IMG/VR virus record: IMGVR_UViG_3300032318_000232
Location: 1 to 27,445 of that record
Length of the DNA stretch: 27,445 bases
DNA from: a virus
Lineage: Duplodnaviria; Caudoviricetes
Reading direction: 5' to 3' (one strand)
Shown: one piece after another, positions 1 to 7,910 of the stretch
Position numbering within the stretch: the first letter of the stretch is position 1
How the letters are laid out: every line of letters starts with the position of its first letter
Program-made: the position numbers and the translations under genes
The notes under the pieces: generated by a model
Told to the model about the DNA's origin: nothing
Database searches by the model: none
What the model saw: the letters and a program-made list of their open reading frames with translations, nothing else

Positions 1-194
1 ATTTGAGTAGCGGAATAGTTGGCTCCTGTGTCACCATTGAACTGCATATAAGCAGTATTGTTAGCACTAGCAGAGCCGTTGACTATTAAAACTAAATCAG
101 TATAGGTGTTAGGAATATTTGAAAAAGTAACTGATGCTGCGGTAGCAGACAGAGTGTTAGTAGCAATAGGTATATAGGTTGATGGCAATGGCAT
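1..194 (-). CDS. Tail-fibre-tip / receptor-binding paralog, type B (runs off window edge)
   Basis: Not in ORF track. ATG at 194-192 overlaps the upstream stop (TAATG). Hand translation MPLPSTYIPIATNTLSATAASVTFSNIPNTYTDLVLIVNGSASANNTAYMQFNGDTGANYSATQ... matches 1285-1779 and 2862-3359. Confidence 0.85.
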   Translation of the reverse strand, partial: MPLPSTYIPIATNTLSATAASVTFSNIPNTYTDLVLIVNGSASANNTAYMQFNGDTGANYSATQ

Positions 195-769
195 TATGCA
201 CCTGCTCTCTTAACACCATATAGGGCAAAGGATGTATATGCTGCAAAATTTACAGTAGAAAATATTTGTATTGATGTTACTGCTGCTGTATTCATCCATA
301 AACCACTTGCTAATTGAACTTCTCCAGTACCATTTCTATCTGTACCAGCCAAGTTTCGCATAGTTTTATACTTGCTAGTATTAGCATAATCTAATACATC
401 TGTAACCGTTACAGTTGGATGCGTAGTTCCTATGCCATAGGTCTGACCAAAAAGACGCATACTGGTTTGTGAAGTAAGTCCATAGGATGCACCAGCACCA
501 ACACCATTTCCACTTAATAGGTGTGAACTATAATTTGAGCCACCGTCTGAATTAAATGTCATATACAAGATTTGGTCTGTAGTTGCTACTAAAGAAATTC
601 CACGAACTTGTAGGTGCTCATAGTTCTGAGGTATACCACTAAATGAAATAGTTGCAGCAGCAGTACTAAGTGTAGTAGTAGCAATAGGAATAAAAGCACC
701 AGGGTCAACATCACCAGGGGCTGTTAGGTTGCCTGACTTAGATTTATACTTAAGACTGATGGCTCCCAT
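194..769 (-). CDS. Putative tail-fibre-tip / receptor-binding paralog, type A (191 aa)
   Basis: Motifs YEHLQVR, DVLDYANTSKYKT, SGLWMNT and LYGVK are shared with 1781-2353 and 3363-3935. Ser/Thr/Gly-rich beta-type sequence downstream of the tail fibre. Function is inferred. Confidence 0.7.
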   Translation of the reverse strand: MGAISLKYKSKSGNLTAPGDVDPGAFIPIATTTLSTAAATISFSGIPQNYEHLQVRGISLVATTDQILYMTFNSDGGSNYSSHLLSGNGVGAGASYGLTSQTSMRLFGQTYGIGTTHPTVTVTDVLDYANTSKYKTMRNLAGTDRNGTGEVQLASGLWMNTAAVTSIQIFSTVNFAAYTSFALYGVKRAGA

Positions 770-1284
770 TATACTTCCGCCTTAATGCCGTAGAGAGTGA
801 AGGTACTGTATTGCTTTAATGCATTACTTGTTGACGAAGCAATTGAGATGCTATTGATAGCATCAGTTGATGACCAAAGACCAGCGTTCATTACGGCATA
901 AGCAGTTGTTCCGTTATTTTCAGATACGCCGTCTGTTGACATTGACTTAAAGTTTGATGAAGTGTAATTAGGAATGTAAAGTTCTGAGTTACCAAAAGTA
1001 TTTGCTGTTGCTGCATCTGTTGATGCAACCAAACTCCAGATACCAGTGTCTACTGTTGATGCTGAGCCGCTACCGTCACCGTATATAACACGAGTAGTTT
1101 GATTTGTTGTCAAAGTATTAAGTGTTACAAATAAAATGTTTAAAGTACTACCAGTTCTAGTAGTTCTAGATGATGCTTTAATCACCAAATCGGTGTAGTT
1201 TTGAGGTATCGCTAAGAAACTTACTTCGCTAATTCCGCCAGAACCAACAGTATATGAGGCTATCTTGCTATATGTATATGCCAT
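769..1284 (-). CDS. Putative tail-fibre-tip paralog, type C (171 aa)
   Basis: Motifs IPQNYTDLVIKASSRT, IPNYTSSNFKSM, AGLWSST and LYGIK are shared with 2353-2862. Confidence 0.7.
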   Translation of the reverse strand: MAYTYSKIASYTVGSGGISEVSFLAIPQNYTDLVIKASSRTTRTGSTLNILFVTLNTLTTNQTTRVIYGDGSGSASTVDTGIWSLVASTDAATANTFGNSELYIPNYTSSNFKSMSTDGVSENNGTTAYAVMNAGLWSSTDAINSISIASSTSNALKQYSTFTLYGIKAEV

Positions 1285-1779
1285 TTAAGCCGCCAATATT
1301 CCGTAGAGTGTGAATGTGGAACCATCTAAAAAAGTACTAGATGTTGTGTATAATGTTAGTGAATTAATAGCAGCAGTATTGCGCCATAAACCAACTAAGG
1401 CTGTTGCTTCTGCTGCAGAATTAAAACGAGTAAGCATTGTTTTGTAAGTAGTAGTATTAGAATAATTATTAAAATTAGTTATTCCACTACCCCAAGTTCC
1501 ATTTAAAGAACTTCCAGTTACATTTAAAAAAAGATACGAATTTCCTGTACTTCTTGTAGAGTATGCTGCTCCTAAGTAACCAAATACTTCCGTATCACTA
1601 TAGTTTGTTCCAGTATCTGAATTAATTCGTACATATATAGGACTAGAACCAGTACCTTTTGCTTGTGATACTAATACTAAATCGGTATAACCACTGGGAA
1701 TACTAGAAAATGTTACTGTATCAGAACTACTAGTTAATTTGGTTGTAGCCAATGGTGTGTAAGTCATTCCTGCTGCCAT
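1285..1779 (-). CDS. Putative tail-fibre-tip paralog, type B (164 aa)
   Basis: Motifs YTDLVLV, INSDTGTNYS, YSNTTTYKTMLTRFN and VGLWRNT are shared with 2862-3359. Confidence 0.7.
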   Translation of the reverse strand: MAAGMTYTPLATTKLTSSSDTVTFSSIPSGYTDLVLVSQAKGTGSSPIYVRINSDTGTNYSDTEVFGYLGAAYSTRSTGNSYLFLNVTGSSLNGTWGSGITNFNNYSNTTTYKTMLTRFNSAAEATALVGLWRNTAAINSLTLYTTSSTFLDGSTFTLYGILAA

Positions 1780-1780
1780 A

Positions 1781-2353
1781 TTATTTCACCCCATAAAGTG
1801 CAAAAGAAGAATTGTTTATAAATGCTCCACTAGAACTTACTAAAGATATAGAAGTTACGGCTGCGGTATTCATCCAAAGCGTTGAGTTTAAAAATATTTG
1901 ACCACCTGTATTAAAATCAATACCACTTATTGAACGACAAGTAGTGTATTTATTAGTATCTTTGTAATCAAGAATATCAATTACTCCTGGACTTAAAATT
2001 CCAGTGTTAGATTGAATCATCCAAGCAACAGCATTTCTTACACTTGTATAATTTCCAGCATAAGCAGATGACCCGCTACCAGCCAAGTAATGTTGATTAT
2101 AATTGCTTGTAGTAGTATCACTATTAAACTGAATTGCTATAGCATCATAAGCATTGCTGCTGTAACTAATGCCACCAGTAATTCTAATTTGTAAGTGTTG
2201 ATATGTGCTAGGAATAGAACTAAAGGTAACAGTTCCGCTAGAACCATTGCTAGTCACAGTAGCAATAGACTCATATGAGCCAGGGAATATCATTGTGTTG
2301 CCAACCTGTGTGCTTCTACTAAAGGAACCTGTCTTAAGACTTCTAATAGCCAT
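1781..2353 (-). CDS. Putative tail-fibre-tip paralog, type A (190 aa)
   Basis: Motifs YQHLQIR, DILDYKDTNKYTT, LWMNT, LYGVK; carries an ~20-aa N-terminal extension. Confidence 0.7.
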   Translation of the reverse strand: MAIRSLKTGSFSRSTQVGNTMIFPGSYESIATVTSNGSSGTVTFSSIPSTYQHLQIRITGGISYSSNAYDAIAIQFNSDTTTSNYNQHYLAGSGSSAYAGNYTSVRNAVAWMIQSNTGILSPGVIDILDYKDTNKYTTCRSISGIDFNTGGQIFLNSTLWMNTAAVTSISLVSSSGAFINNSSFALYGVK

Positions 2354-2862
2354 TATAGAACTCCGTAAAGTGTGAAGGTTGAGTTAGCGGAAAAAACATC
2401 TGCGCTGCCGATAGTAAAGTTTAATGAAGTAATTGCTGCAGTTTGTGACCATAATCCAGCAGTTAATGCGCTATAAACTGTTGTGGTATTTCCTTCTTGG
2501 ACACCTTCAATATTCATAGATTTGTAATTAGCACTAGTATAGTTAGGAATAGTTATTTCAACATTGGCAAATGTAGATGCTGTTCCACCTGCTGAGTTAA
2601 TATAACAAATTCTATTTTCAGAAAAAGTTGTTCTAGTAAAAGAACCAGTAGTAGAACCAGAACCACGCAACATCATTAAAGTAAAGTTAGCAGTTGAACC
2701 ATTAAATCCAATTAATAAAGCACCTTCTGTGCCAGAATAATTTGTTCTAACGCTGGCTTTAACTATTAAATCGGTATAACCTTGAGGTATAGATGTAAAG
2801 TCAACACTAGATACTGGACTAGATACAGTTGTATCAGCAATCTTAATTAATTGTAGCGCCAT
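2353..2862 (-). CDS. Putative tail-fibre-tip paralog, type C (169 aa)
   Basis: Motifs IPQGYTDLIVKASVRT, IPNYTSANYKSM, AGLWSQT, LYGVL. Confidence 0.7.
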   Translation of the reverse strand: MALQLIKIADTTVSSPVSSVDFTSIPQGYTDLIVKASVRTNYSGTEGALLIGFNGSTANFTLMMLRGSGSTTGSFTRTTFSENRICYINSAGGTASTFANVEITIPNYTSANYKSMNIEGVQEGNTTTVYSALTAGLWSQTAAITSLNFTIGSADVFSANSTFTLYGVL

Positions 2863-3359
2863 TACTTTGCTGCCTCAATTCCGTAGAGTCTTGCAGTTGA
2901 GCCAGAAGTCCAAGTGCTTCCAGTTAAATAAAGATAAAGAGATGTTATGGTTGCCGTACTACGCCATAAACCTACAACTGCTCCAACACCATCTATTCCA
3001 TTGCTACGACTTAAGAGTGTTTTGTATGTAGTTGCATTAGAGTAATCAGCAATATCAATTTTATATGTTGTATTACTTGTGCTAAAATAACCGTAACGGT
3101 CTAGTGTAATATATGTGTATGAACTTTCACGATTAGAAGCAGCAGTACTACCATCACCAGACAAGAATGTTCTGCTATAATTAGTGGCAGTATCAGAGTT
3201 AATTTGCATATTCATATTTTGTAAACCAGCGGCTATTTGACCGTTAACAACTACAATTAAATCAGTGTAGGTTGCTGGAATAGAACTAAAAGTTACTGCT
3301 GATGTTCCGCTTAAAGCAGCACTATTAATCAAAGTGTATGTGCCTGTCTTTGCAGCCAT
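2862..3359 (-). CDS. Putative tail-fibre-tip paralog, type B (165 aa)
   Basis: Motifs YTDLIVVV, INSDTATNYS, YSNATTYKTLLSRSN, VGLWRST, LYGIE. Confidence 0.7.
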   Translation of the reverse strand: MAAKTGTYTLINSAALSGTSAVTFSSIPATYTDLIVVVNGQIAAGLQNMNMQINSDTATNYSRTFLSGDGSTAASNRESSYTYITLDRYGYFSTSNTTYKIDIADYSNATTYKTLLSRSNGIDGVGAVVGLWRSTATITSLYLYLTGSTWTSGSTARLYGIEAAK

Positions 3360-3362
3360 TGT

Positions 3363-3935
3363 TTACCCCTTGATTCCATATAGTGAGAAGCGTGAATATT
3401 GAACAAGATTTGCAGCATTGGCTGAAACAATAATGATGTTGTTAATTGCTGTTGTGTTCATCCATAAACCAGAACTTAATCTAACTTGACCAGTGCCGTT
3501 AGCATCATATCCATTTAAGGAACGAACTGTTTTATTTTTAGAAGCATTAGCATAATCAAGAATTTCAATTACCCCACTGCCAAATATTCCAGAAGTAGAC
3601 GATGCTGCTGCCACTACTGAACGAGTGTTAAAGGAAATAGATGCCCCATCCGAGAATGAACCAGCAGTTGCGCCATCGCCATACAAAACATGGGCTGCAT
3701 AATTGTTTCCAGAATCAGAGTTAAAGCGCAATTGAATGTTATCTTCTTGGTTTGCTCTAGTAGTTCTTGCTAAGAATCTAATTTGTAGATGCTTGTATGT
3801 CTGAGGTATGTCATTAAATATAACTGTATTCACACCACTGGCATCAACAAGGGTGCTAGCGATAGGCTCCATAAAGTTATTGTCTAGCGCAAGGCTGATG
3901 CCAGTTGCGCCAGACTTTGCACTAGTAATTGACAT
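3363..3935 (-). CDS. Putative tail-fibre-tip paralog, type A (190 aa)
   Basis: Motifs YKHLQIR, EILDYANASKNKT, SGLWMNT, LYGIK; carries an N-terminal extension. Confidence 0.7.
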   Translation of the reverse strand: MSITSAKSGATGISLALDNNFMEPIASTLVDASGVNTVIFNDIPQTYKHLQIRFLARTTRANQEDNIQLRFNSDSGNNYAAHVLYGDGATAGSFSDGASISFNTRSVVAAASSTSGIFGSGVIEILDYANASKNKTVRSLNGYDANGTGQVRLSSGLWMNTTAINNIIIVSANAANLVQYSRFSLYGIKG

Positions 3936-4261
3936 TAGACGGAAGCCTCATCTCCAAATGCAGAGAAGGCAAGGTTGGCTGTTGAAGCATAAATAGTGAC
4001 AACATCTGTAGTAGCAAGCGTAATACCTACTGTAATGATTGTGGTATCGGCTGCGCCGACAGTTACATCATAGGCTAGGTAGTGTTGGTTAGCCAAAGAT
4101 GCACCTGATGGGCGTACCGCAATACGGTAGGTAGCAGATGATGATGCTAGGTTAGCAATAGAGATAGATGAGATTACTGCTTCCTTAGAAGCAGGTACTG
4201 TGTACAGCGTAGTGGCTGTAGTAGCAGACGGATTAGATTGACCAAGTACTTTTTTTGCCAT
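3935..4261 (-). CDS. Small beta-sandwich virion protein, putative fibre-tip adaptor (108 aa)
   Basis: Directly follows the tail fibre. The KVLGQSNPSATTATTLYTVP...FSAFG pattern is one I recall as common after fibres in aquatic phages. All-beta composition. Confidence 0.55.
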   Translation of the reverse strand: MAKKVLGQSNPSATTATTLYTVPASKEAVISSISIANLASSSATYRIAVRPSGASLANQHYLAYDVTVGAADTTIITVGITLATTDVVTIYASTANLAFSAFGDEASV

Positions 4262-4265
4262 TTGA

Positions 4266-5984
4266 TTATGCTCCCATTAACATGAAGATTGAAGGTGTAG
4301 GGTCAGTTACAATTGTTGACCAAGTTGCTGCTGTGCCGTTTGTGGTCAGATACTTTCCTGCATTACCAGTCTGTGACGGTAGCGCATCTACTGCTCCCCA
4401 AGAGGAAACAGTTCCATTAGTTGTTAAGAACTTACCTGAGTTACCAGTCTGGCTTGGCACTACATACTGAGTTGAGTCTGTAGCAACCAAAGTTTTAGAT
4501 GATGGAATAGTAGTTCCGTTAATGCTAGTAGCAGTTGCTACACCTAGCACAGGAGTTATAAGTGTTGGAGTATTGTCCATTACGAACTTAGTACCAGTAC
4601 CAGTCTGAGAAGCAACGCTAGTTGCTGGACCAACAGACGTAATTGGTCCAGTTAAATTGCTAGGAGCAATTGATGCTGTATCAATATAGTTCTTAGTAGC
4701 AGCATCTTGAGCATTAGTTGGGTCACCAAGACCTGTAATCTTGTTGGTTCCCATAGCAATAGCACCAGTCATTGTGCCACCCGCTAGAGGTAACTTAGTT
4801 GCTAGTGAGTTAGTTACTGTAGTTGCAAAGTTAGCATCATCGCCAAGGGCTGCAGCAAGTTCATCAAGAGTATCAAGTGCTCCAGGTGCCGAAGCGATTA
4901 AATCATTAATTTCTGTTTGTACATAAGCAGTAGTAGCAATCTGAGTTGTATTGGTATTTGCTGCTGCTGTTGGGGCAGTAGGTACACCAGTCAACGCTGG
5001 GCTTGCTAGTGGAGCGTATGTACTTGCTGCTGTAGCAGTAGCCAACTTAGCATCTAACTGAGTCTGGATAGCAGAAGTTACACCATCTAGGTATCCAAGT
5101 TCAGTGGTAGATACTGTGGATGACGGAGCAATTTTAGTCCAAGCAATAGCAGCGGAAGCATTTACGTCAGCATCTACAATGCTGTTAGTTGCATTAATCT
5201 TGCTGTAAGCAATCTGAGCAGAAGTGTTAATATCTGCGTTAACGATTGTATCGTTAGCAATCATCGTACTTGTTACAGTGCCTGTATCACCAGCGGTGAT
5301 AGCAGTACCTGAAATCTTAGTCTTGTCAATGGCTGCTGATGCATTAACATCTGCGTTTACAATAGCGCCAGTTCCAATGACTGTAGTAAGGCTTACGTTA
5401 CCTGTACCATCAAAAGTAACTCCACTTGCTTCTACATCTCCAGTTAATTGGAATGTACGAGCAGTTGCTAAAGCGGTAGCAGTAGCAGCATTACCTGTTG
5501 TAGAACCAGATGAGCCAGTTACGTTACCTGTCAGGTTACCAGTGAAGGTTCCTGCGATAGCACCAGTGCCAGTAATGGTTGGACTAGTTAAAGTCTTGTT
5601 AGTTAAAGTCTGAGTGTTGGTTGTACCAACTACAGCGCCAGTAACACCATGTACTGCTGTTCCTTCAATGTGGGTATTGGCTTCACGATAGTCACGACCA
5701 ATTGCCATATGTCGTACTACTGCGCCAGCCGAGTGGGCTACGCCAGTTGAACCATCAATGCCACGAACAATTGTAAGTGTATTACCAGATATGGCACTAA
5801 CATCTACAATTTCTTCAAGGGCTGTATCTGGGTCAATAACAACTGTAAAGAGTTCACCTGCTGAAATGGTAACACCACCAGCAAGAGTTGAACCTGATAC
5901 AACAGTTGTAGTTGTAGCGCTAGAGGTCAAAGCACCACTAAGAGTAGTTTGCTGTGAGCGGGATGAATACTTTCTAGTTGTCAT
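4266..5984 (-). CDS. Tail fibre protein (572 aa)
   Basis: Thr/Ala/Gly-rich. Contains a P2 gpH-type fibre segment (APLASPALTGVPTAPT...QIATTAYV...APGALDTLDELAAALGDDANFATTV), a YadA-stalk-like KITGLGDPTNAQDAATKNYID, and internal repeats. Confidence 0.85.
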   Translation of the reverse strand: MTTRKYSSRSQQTTLSGALTSSATTTTVVSGSTLAGGVTISAGELFTVVIDPDTALEEIVDVSAISGNTLTIVRGIDGSTGVAHSAGAVVRHMAIGRDYREANTHIEGTAVHGVTGAVVGTTNTQTLTNKTLTSPTITGTGAIAGTFTGNLTGNVTGSSGSTTGNAATATALATARTFQLTGDVEASGVTFDGTGNVSLTTVIGTGAIVNADVNASAAIDKTKISGTAITAGDTGTVTSTMIANDTIVNADINTSAQIAYSKINATNSIVDADVNASAAIAWTKIAPSSTVSTTELGYLDGVTSAIQTQLDAKLATATAASTYAPLASPALTGVPTAPTAAANTNTTQIATTAYVQTEINDLIASAPGALDTLDELAAALGDDANFATTVTNSLATKLPLAGGTMTGAIAMGTNKITGLGDPTNAQDAATKNYIDTASIAPSNLTGPITSVGPATSVASQTGTGTKFVMDNTPTLITPVLGVATATSINGTTIPSSKTLVATDSTQYVVPSQTGNSGKFLTTNGTVSSWGAVDALPSQTGNAGKYLTTNGTAATWSTIVTDPTPSIFMLMGA

Positions 5985-5993
5985 TGCTGGTCC

Positions 5994-6923
5994 TTATCGG
6001 CGTGAGTAGTGGACTTTAGGAGAATAATTTTGTTGCTGTGCTCTTGTTTCTTCTTGTAAACGCTGTGTATAAAGAGCATACAATTGTTTAGTAGCAGATT
6101 GAGATGCGCCATAAGGGCGCTTGCTATCTGTTTCGTCAGCCTGTGGGCTAACCATTGCGGCGCGGGCTGGGTCTAAAAATGTAAGCAAACGATATGCAGC
6201 ACCAAGAATTACTACATCACGTGTAGATTCTGGCAAACCTGTCTGGTCTACATAGTCTTGAGCAGTACTCGTAAAAGGCTTTGGGTTAGTTGCGTAAATA
6301 ACTTTAACTGTGCGACCCGAAACAACAGGCTCGCCTAGAGTAATTGTTTGAACCTTTTCACTTGTGTAACCAAAGGCTGCTGCATTAGCAATTGAATCTA
6401 AATCATAATGTCTAATTGGAATCCACTCTTTTGATGGTCCAATGCTTTGCCAAGATATTGATAGAATATTTTTAATGTTTAAATCTGCAAAAGCGTAAGT
6501 TGATACTGCTGAACTATATGTAAAAGTTGTTGACTTGACAGCATAAAGAGTGGCGCCAAGAGCGCCAAGAGTATCGTTGATAGCACGCTTAATAGTAAAG
6601 CGTGGGAAAGTAGGAGAGATAGTAACCTTTGTATCGGCTGTATGTGTTGCCGCTGTTGTACCTAAATAGCCACGACCATAGGGCGCCACAGTTGCTGTAT
6701 TAGCAATACGGTCATAGTTGTCTACCCAAAGTAGTTCTTCATCAATTTCAATAATACCTTTACCAAGTGATTCAGTTGAACCTAAAGTTAAGATTAAAGG
6801 ACTAGCACTTGTTGAAGTTGTTGTAGTAACAGCAGAAGCAAGATAGGTCGAACGGTCTTGTTGCAAAGTATAACCTGCTAGATTGATAAGTGTTTCATCA
6901 ATCATATTTAATAATGTAGCCAT
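5994..6923 (-). CDS. Putative head-tail adaptor / tail tubular protein A with inserted beta domain (309 aa)
   Basis: N-terminal helix (TLLNMIDETLINL), then IKRAINDTL, a beta core and a C-terminal LPE..RDVVILGAAYRLL plus helix. This layout is typical of podoviral adaptors; the gene lies between capsid and fibre genes. Confidence 0.6.
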   Translation of the reverse strand: MATLLNMIDETLINLAGYTLQQDRSTYLASAVTTTTSTSASPLILTLGSTESLGKGIIEIDEELLWVDNYDRIANTATVAPYGRGYLGTTAATHTADTKVTISPTFPRFTIKRAINDTLGALGATLYAVKSTTFTYSSAVSTYAFADLNIKNILSISWQSIGPSKEWIPIRHYDLDSIANAAAFGYTSEKVQTITLGEPVVSGRTVKVIYATNPKPFTSTAQDYVDQTGLPESTRDVVILGAAYRLLTFLDPARAAMVSPQADETDSKRPYGASQSATKQLYALYTQRLQEETRAQQQNYSPKVHYSRR

Positions 6924-7159
6924 TATCTATACCTCGCCGTTTTCTTTGCAATTGATTTAGGTTGCTTTACAAATTGTTTACCTTTAGCATTACCTGCAGC
7001 CTTGGCTTTATTAGTTGCTGCTTTTTCTGATGGGCTTAAAGAAGACCAGGCAGCAGTAGGCAGATATCTTTTTTTACCTTTAGATGGTTTGCCATCAGAA
7101 GTTTTCCATTTTTCTTTAGTCCACTTCTTAAGTGATTTTTGTGACTTAGCCAGTGCCAT
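6923..7159 (-). CDS. Small basic protein resembling the C-terminal half of DUF5872 (78 aa)
   Basis: SQKSLKKWTKEKWKT...RYLP.AAW..LSP.EK...GKQFV; family recalled, not searched. Confidence 0.6.
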   Translation of the reverse strand: MALAKSQKSLKKWTKEKWKTSDGKPSKGKKRYLPTAAWSSLSPSEKAATNKAKAAGNAKGKQFVKQPKSIAKKTARYR

Positions 7160-7344
7160 TACTTGTAGCCTCCGCCAGCCTTCTTGTATTCTGTAGCAAG
7201 CAGTTGAGCCTTACGGGCAGACCATTCACCAGGGTCACCACCCCTTGAGCCAGCCTTAATTTTCTTAAACAAAGCAGCACGCATACCAGGCTTGGTGTAA
7301 TTACCAGCAGCGTTAACAGTAGATTTCTTTTTACGTGCAGGCAT
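7159..7344 (-). CDS. Small basic protein resembling the N-terminal half of DUF5872 (61 aa)
   Basis: YTKP.MR...IKAGSRGGDPGEWSARKAQLLA.EYKKAGGGYK. Start moved to the ATG at 7344, which overlaps the upstream stop (TAATG). Confidence 0.65.
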   Translation of the reverse strand: MPARKKKSTVNAAGNYTKPGMRAALFKKIKAGSRGGDPGEWSARKAQLLATEYKKAGGGYK

Positions 7345-7601
7345 TACCACTTAACCTTGTCTGCCCAATATGCGGCACTCATTTTGCCTTTGGAAATATT
7401 CTTAGCGTGACGGGCTTTAAAACTACGTTGACGAGCAGTAGGTTTTCTGTCACCAGTAACACCCTGCTGACCAAAGCGAATAGTTTTTACCTTAGTACCT
7501 TCTTTAGCCACAACTACGTGTGACTTCTTTGGGTGGTTAGGTGTGCGTTTAGGCTTGTTAAAGCCTGATACGCCTGCTCGCTTTAGTCTTGGGTCAGCCA
7601 T
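7344..7601 (-). CDS. Small basic phage protein (85 aa)
   Basis: KTIRFGQQG...RQRSFKARH...SAAYWADKVKW, a widespread viral motif from recall. RBS TAAGGA upstream. Confidence 0.7.
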   Translation of the reverse strand: MADPRLKRAGVSGFNKPKRTPNHPKKSHVVVAKEGTKVKTIRFGQQGVTGDRKPTARQRSFKARHAKNISKGKMSAAYWADKVKW

Positions 7602-7609
7602 TTTAATCC

Positions 7610-7777
7610 TTAGTTAGTGTATCCGTTGTTCCATGTACCAGTTTTTCTAGCATCTTGCTCGCGCTTTTTTTGCGCTTTGATTTGCTTAAGTTCTGCGGGT
7701 GTGTACTTTGAAGGTGCTACTCGAACTCTAAGTGGGGCAGTAACATCTTGCCATTGATATCTTTTGCTGGCAGCCAT
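7610..7777 (-). CDS. Small basic hypothetical protein (55 aa)
   Basis: Not in ORF track. Hand translation MAASKRYQWQDVTAPLRVRVAPSKYTPAELKQIKAQKKREQDARKTGTWNNGYTN; it fills the gap almost exactly. Confidence 0.7.
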   Translation of the reverse strand: MAASKRYQWQDVTAPLRVRVAPSKYTPAELKQIKAQKKREQDARKTGTWNNGYTN

Positions 7778-7778
7778 G

Positions 7779-7910
7779 TTACTTTTTCTTGCCCATCTTC
7801 TTCATAGGCTTTTTCTTAACCATCTTCTTACCAGTTTTTTTAGCAGCCATCTTTGCTGCCTTTTCACCTGCTGGTGTATATGGGAATGACATCTTTCCTA
7901 CTTTAGGCAT
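7779..7910 (-). CDS. Very Lys-rich small protein (43 aa)
   Basis: Not in ORF track. MPKVGKMSFPYTPAGEKAAKMAAKKTGKKMVKKKPMKKMGKKK (16 of 43 residues are Lys). TAATG coupling to the upstream gene. Confidence 0.75.
   Translation of the reverse strand: MPKVGKMSFPYTPAGEKAAKMAAKKTGKKMVKKKPMKKMGKKK

Noticed and set aside
1-3935. Diversity-generating retroelement or invertase shufflon acting on the paralog array
   Set aside because: No reverse transcriptase, recombinase, template/variable repeat pair or inverted cassettes in the window. All copies are full-length and co-oriented. I noticed only short shared DNA stretches (e.g. TAAATCGGTATAACC at 1678 and 2767), explained by conserved codons.
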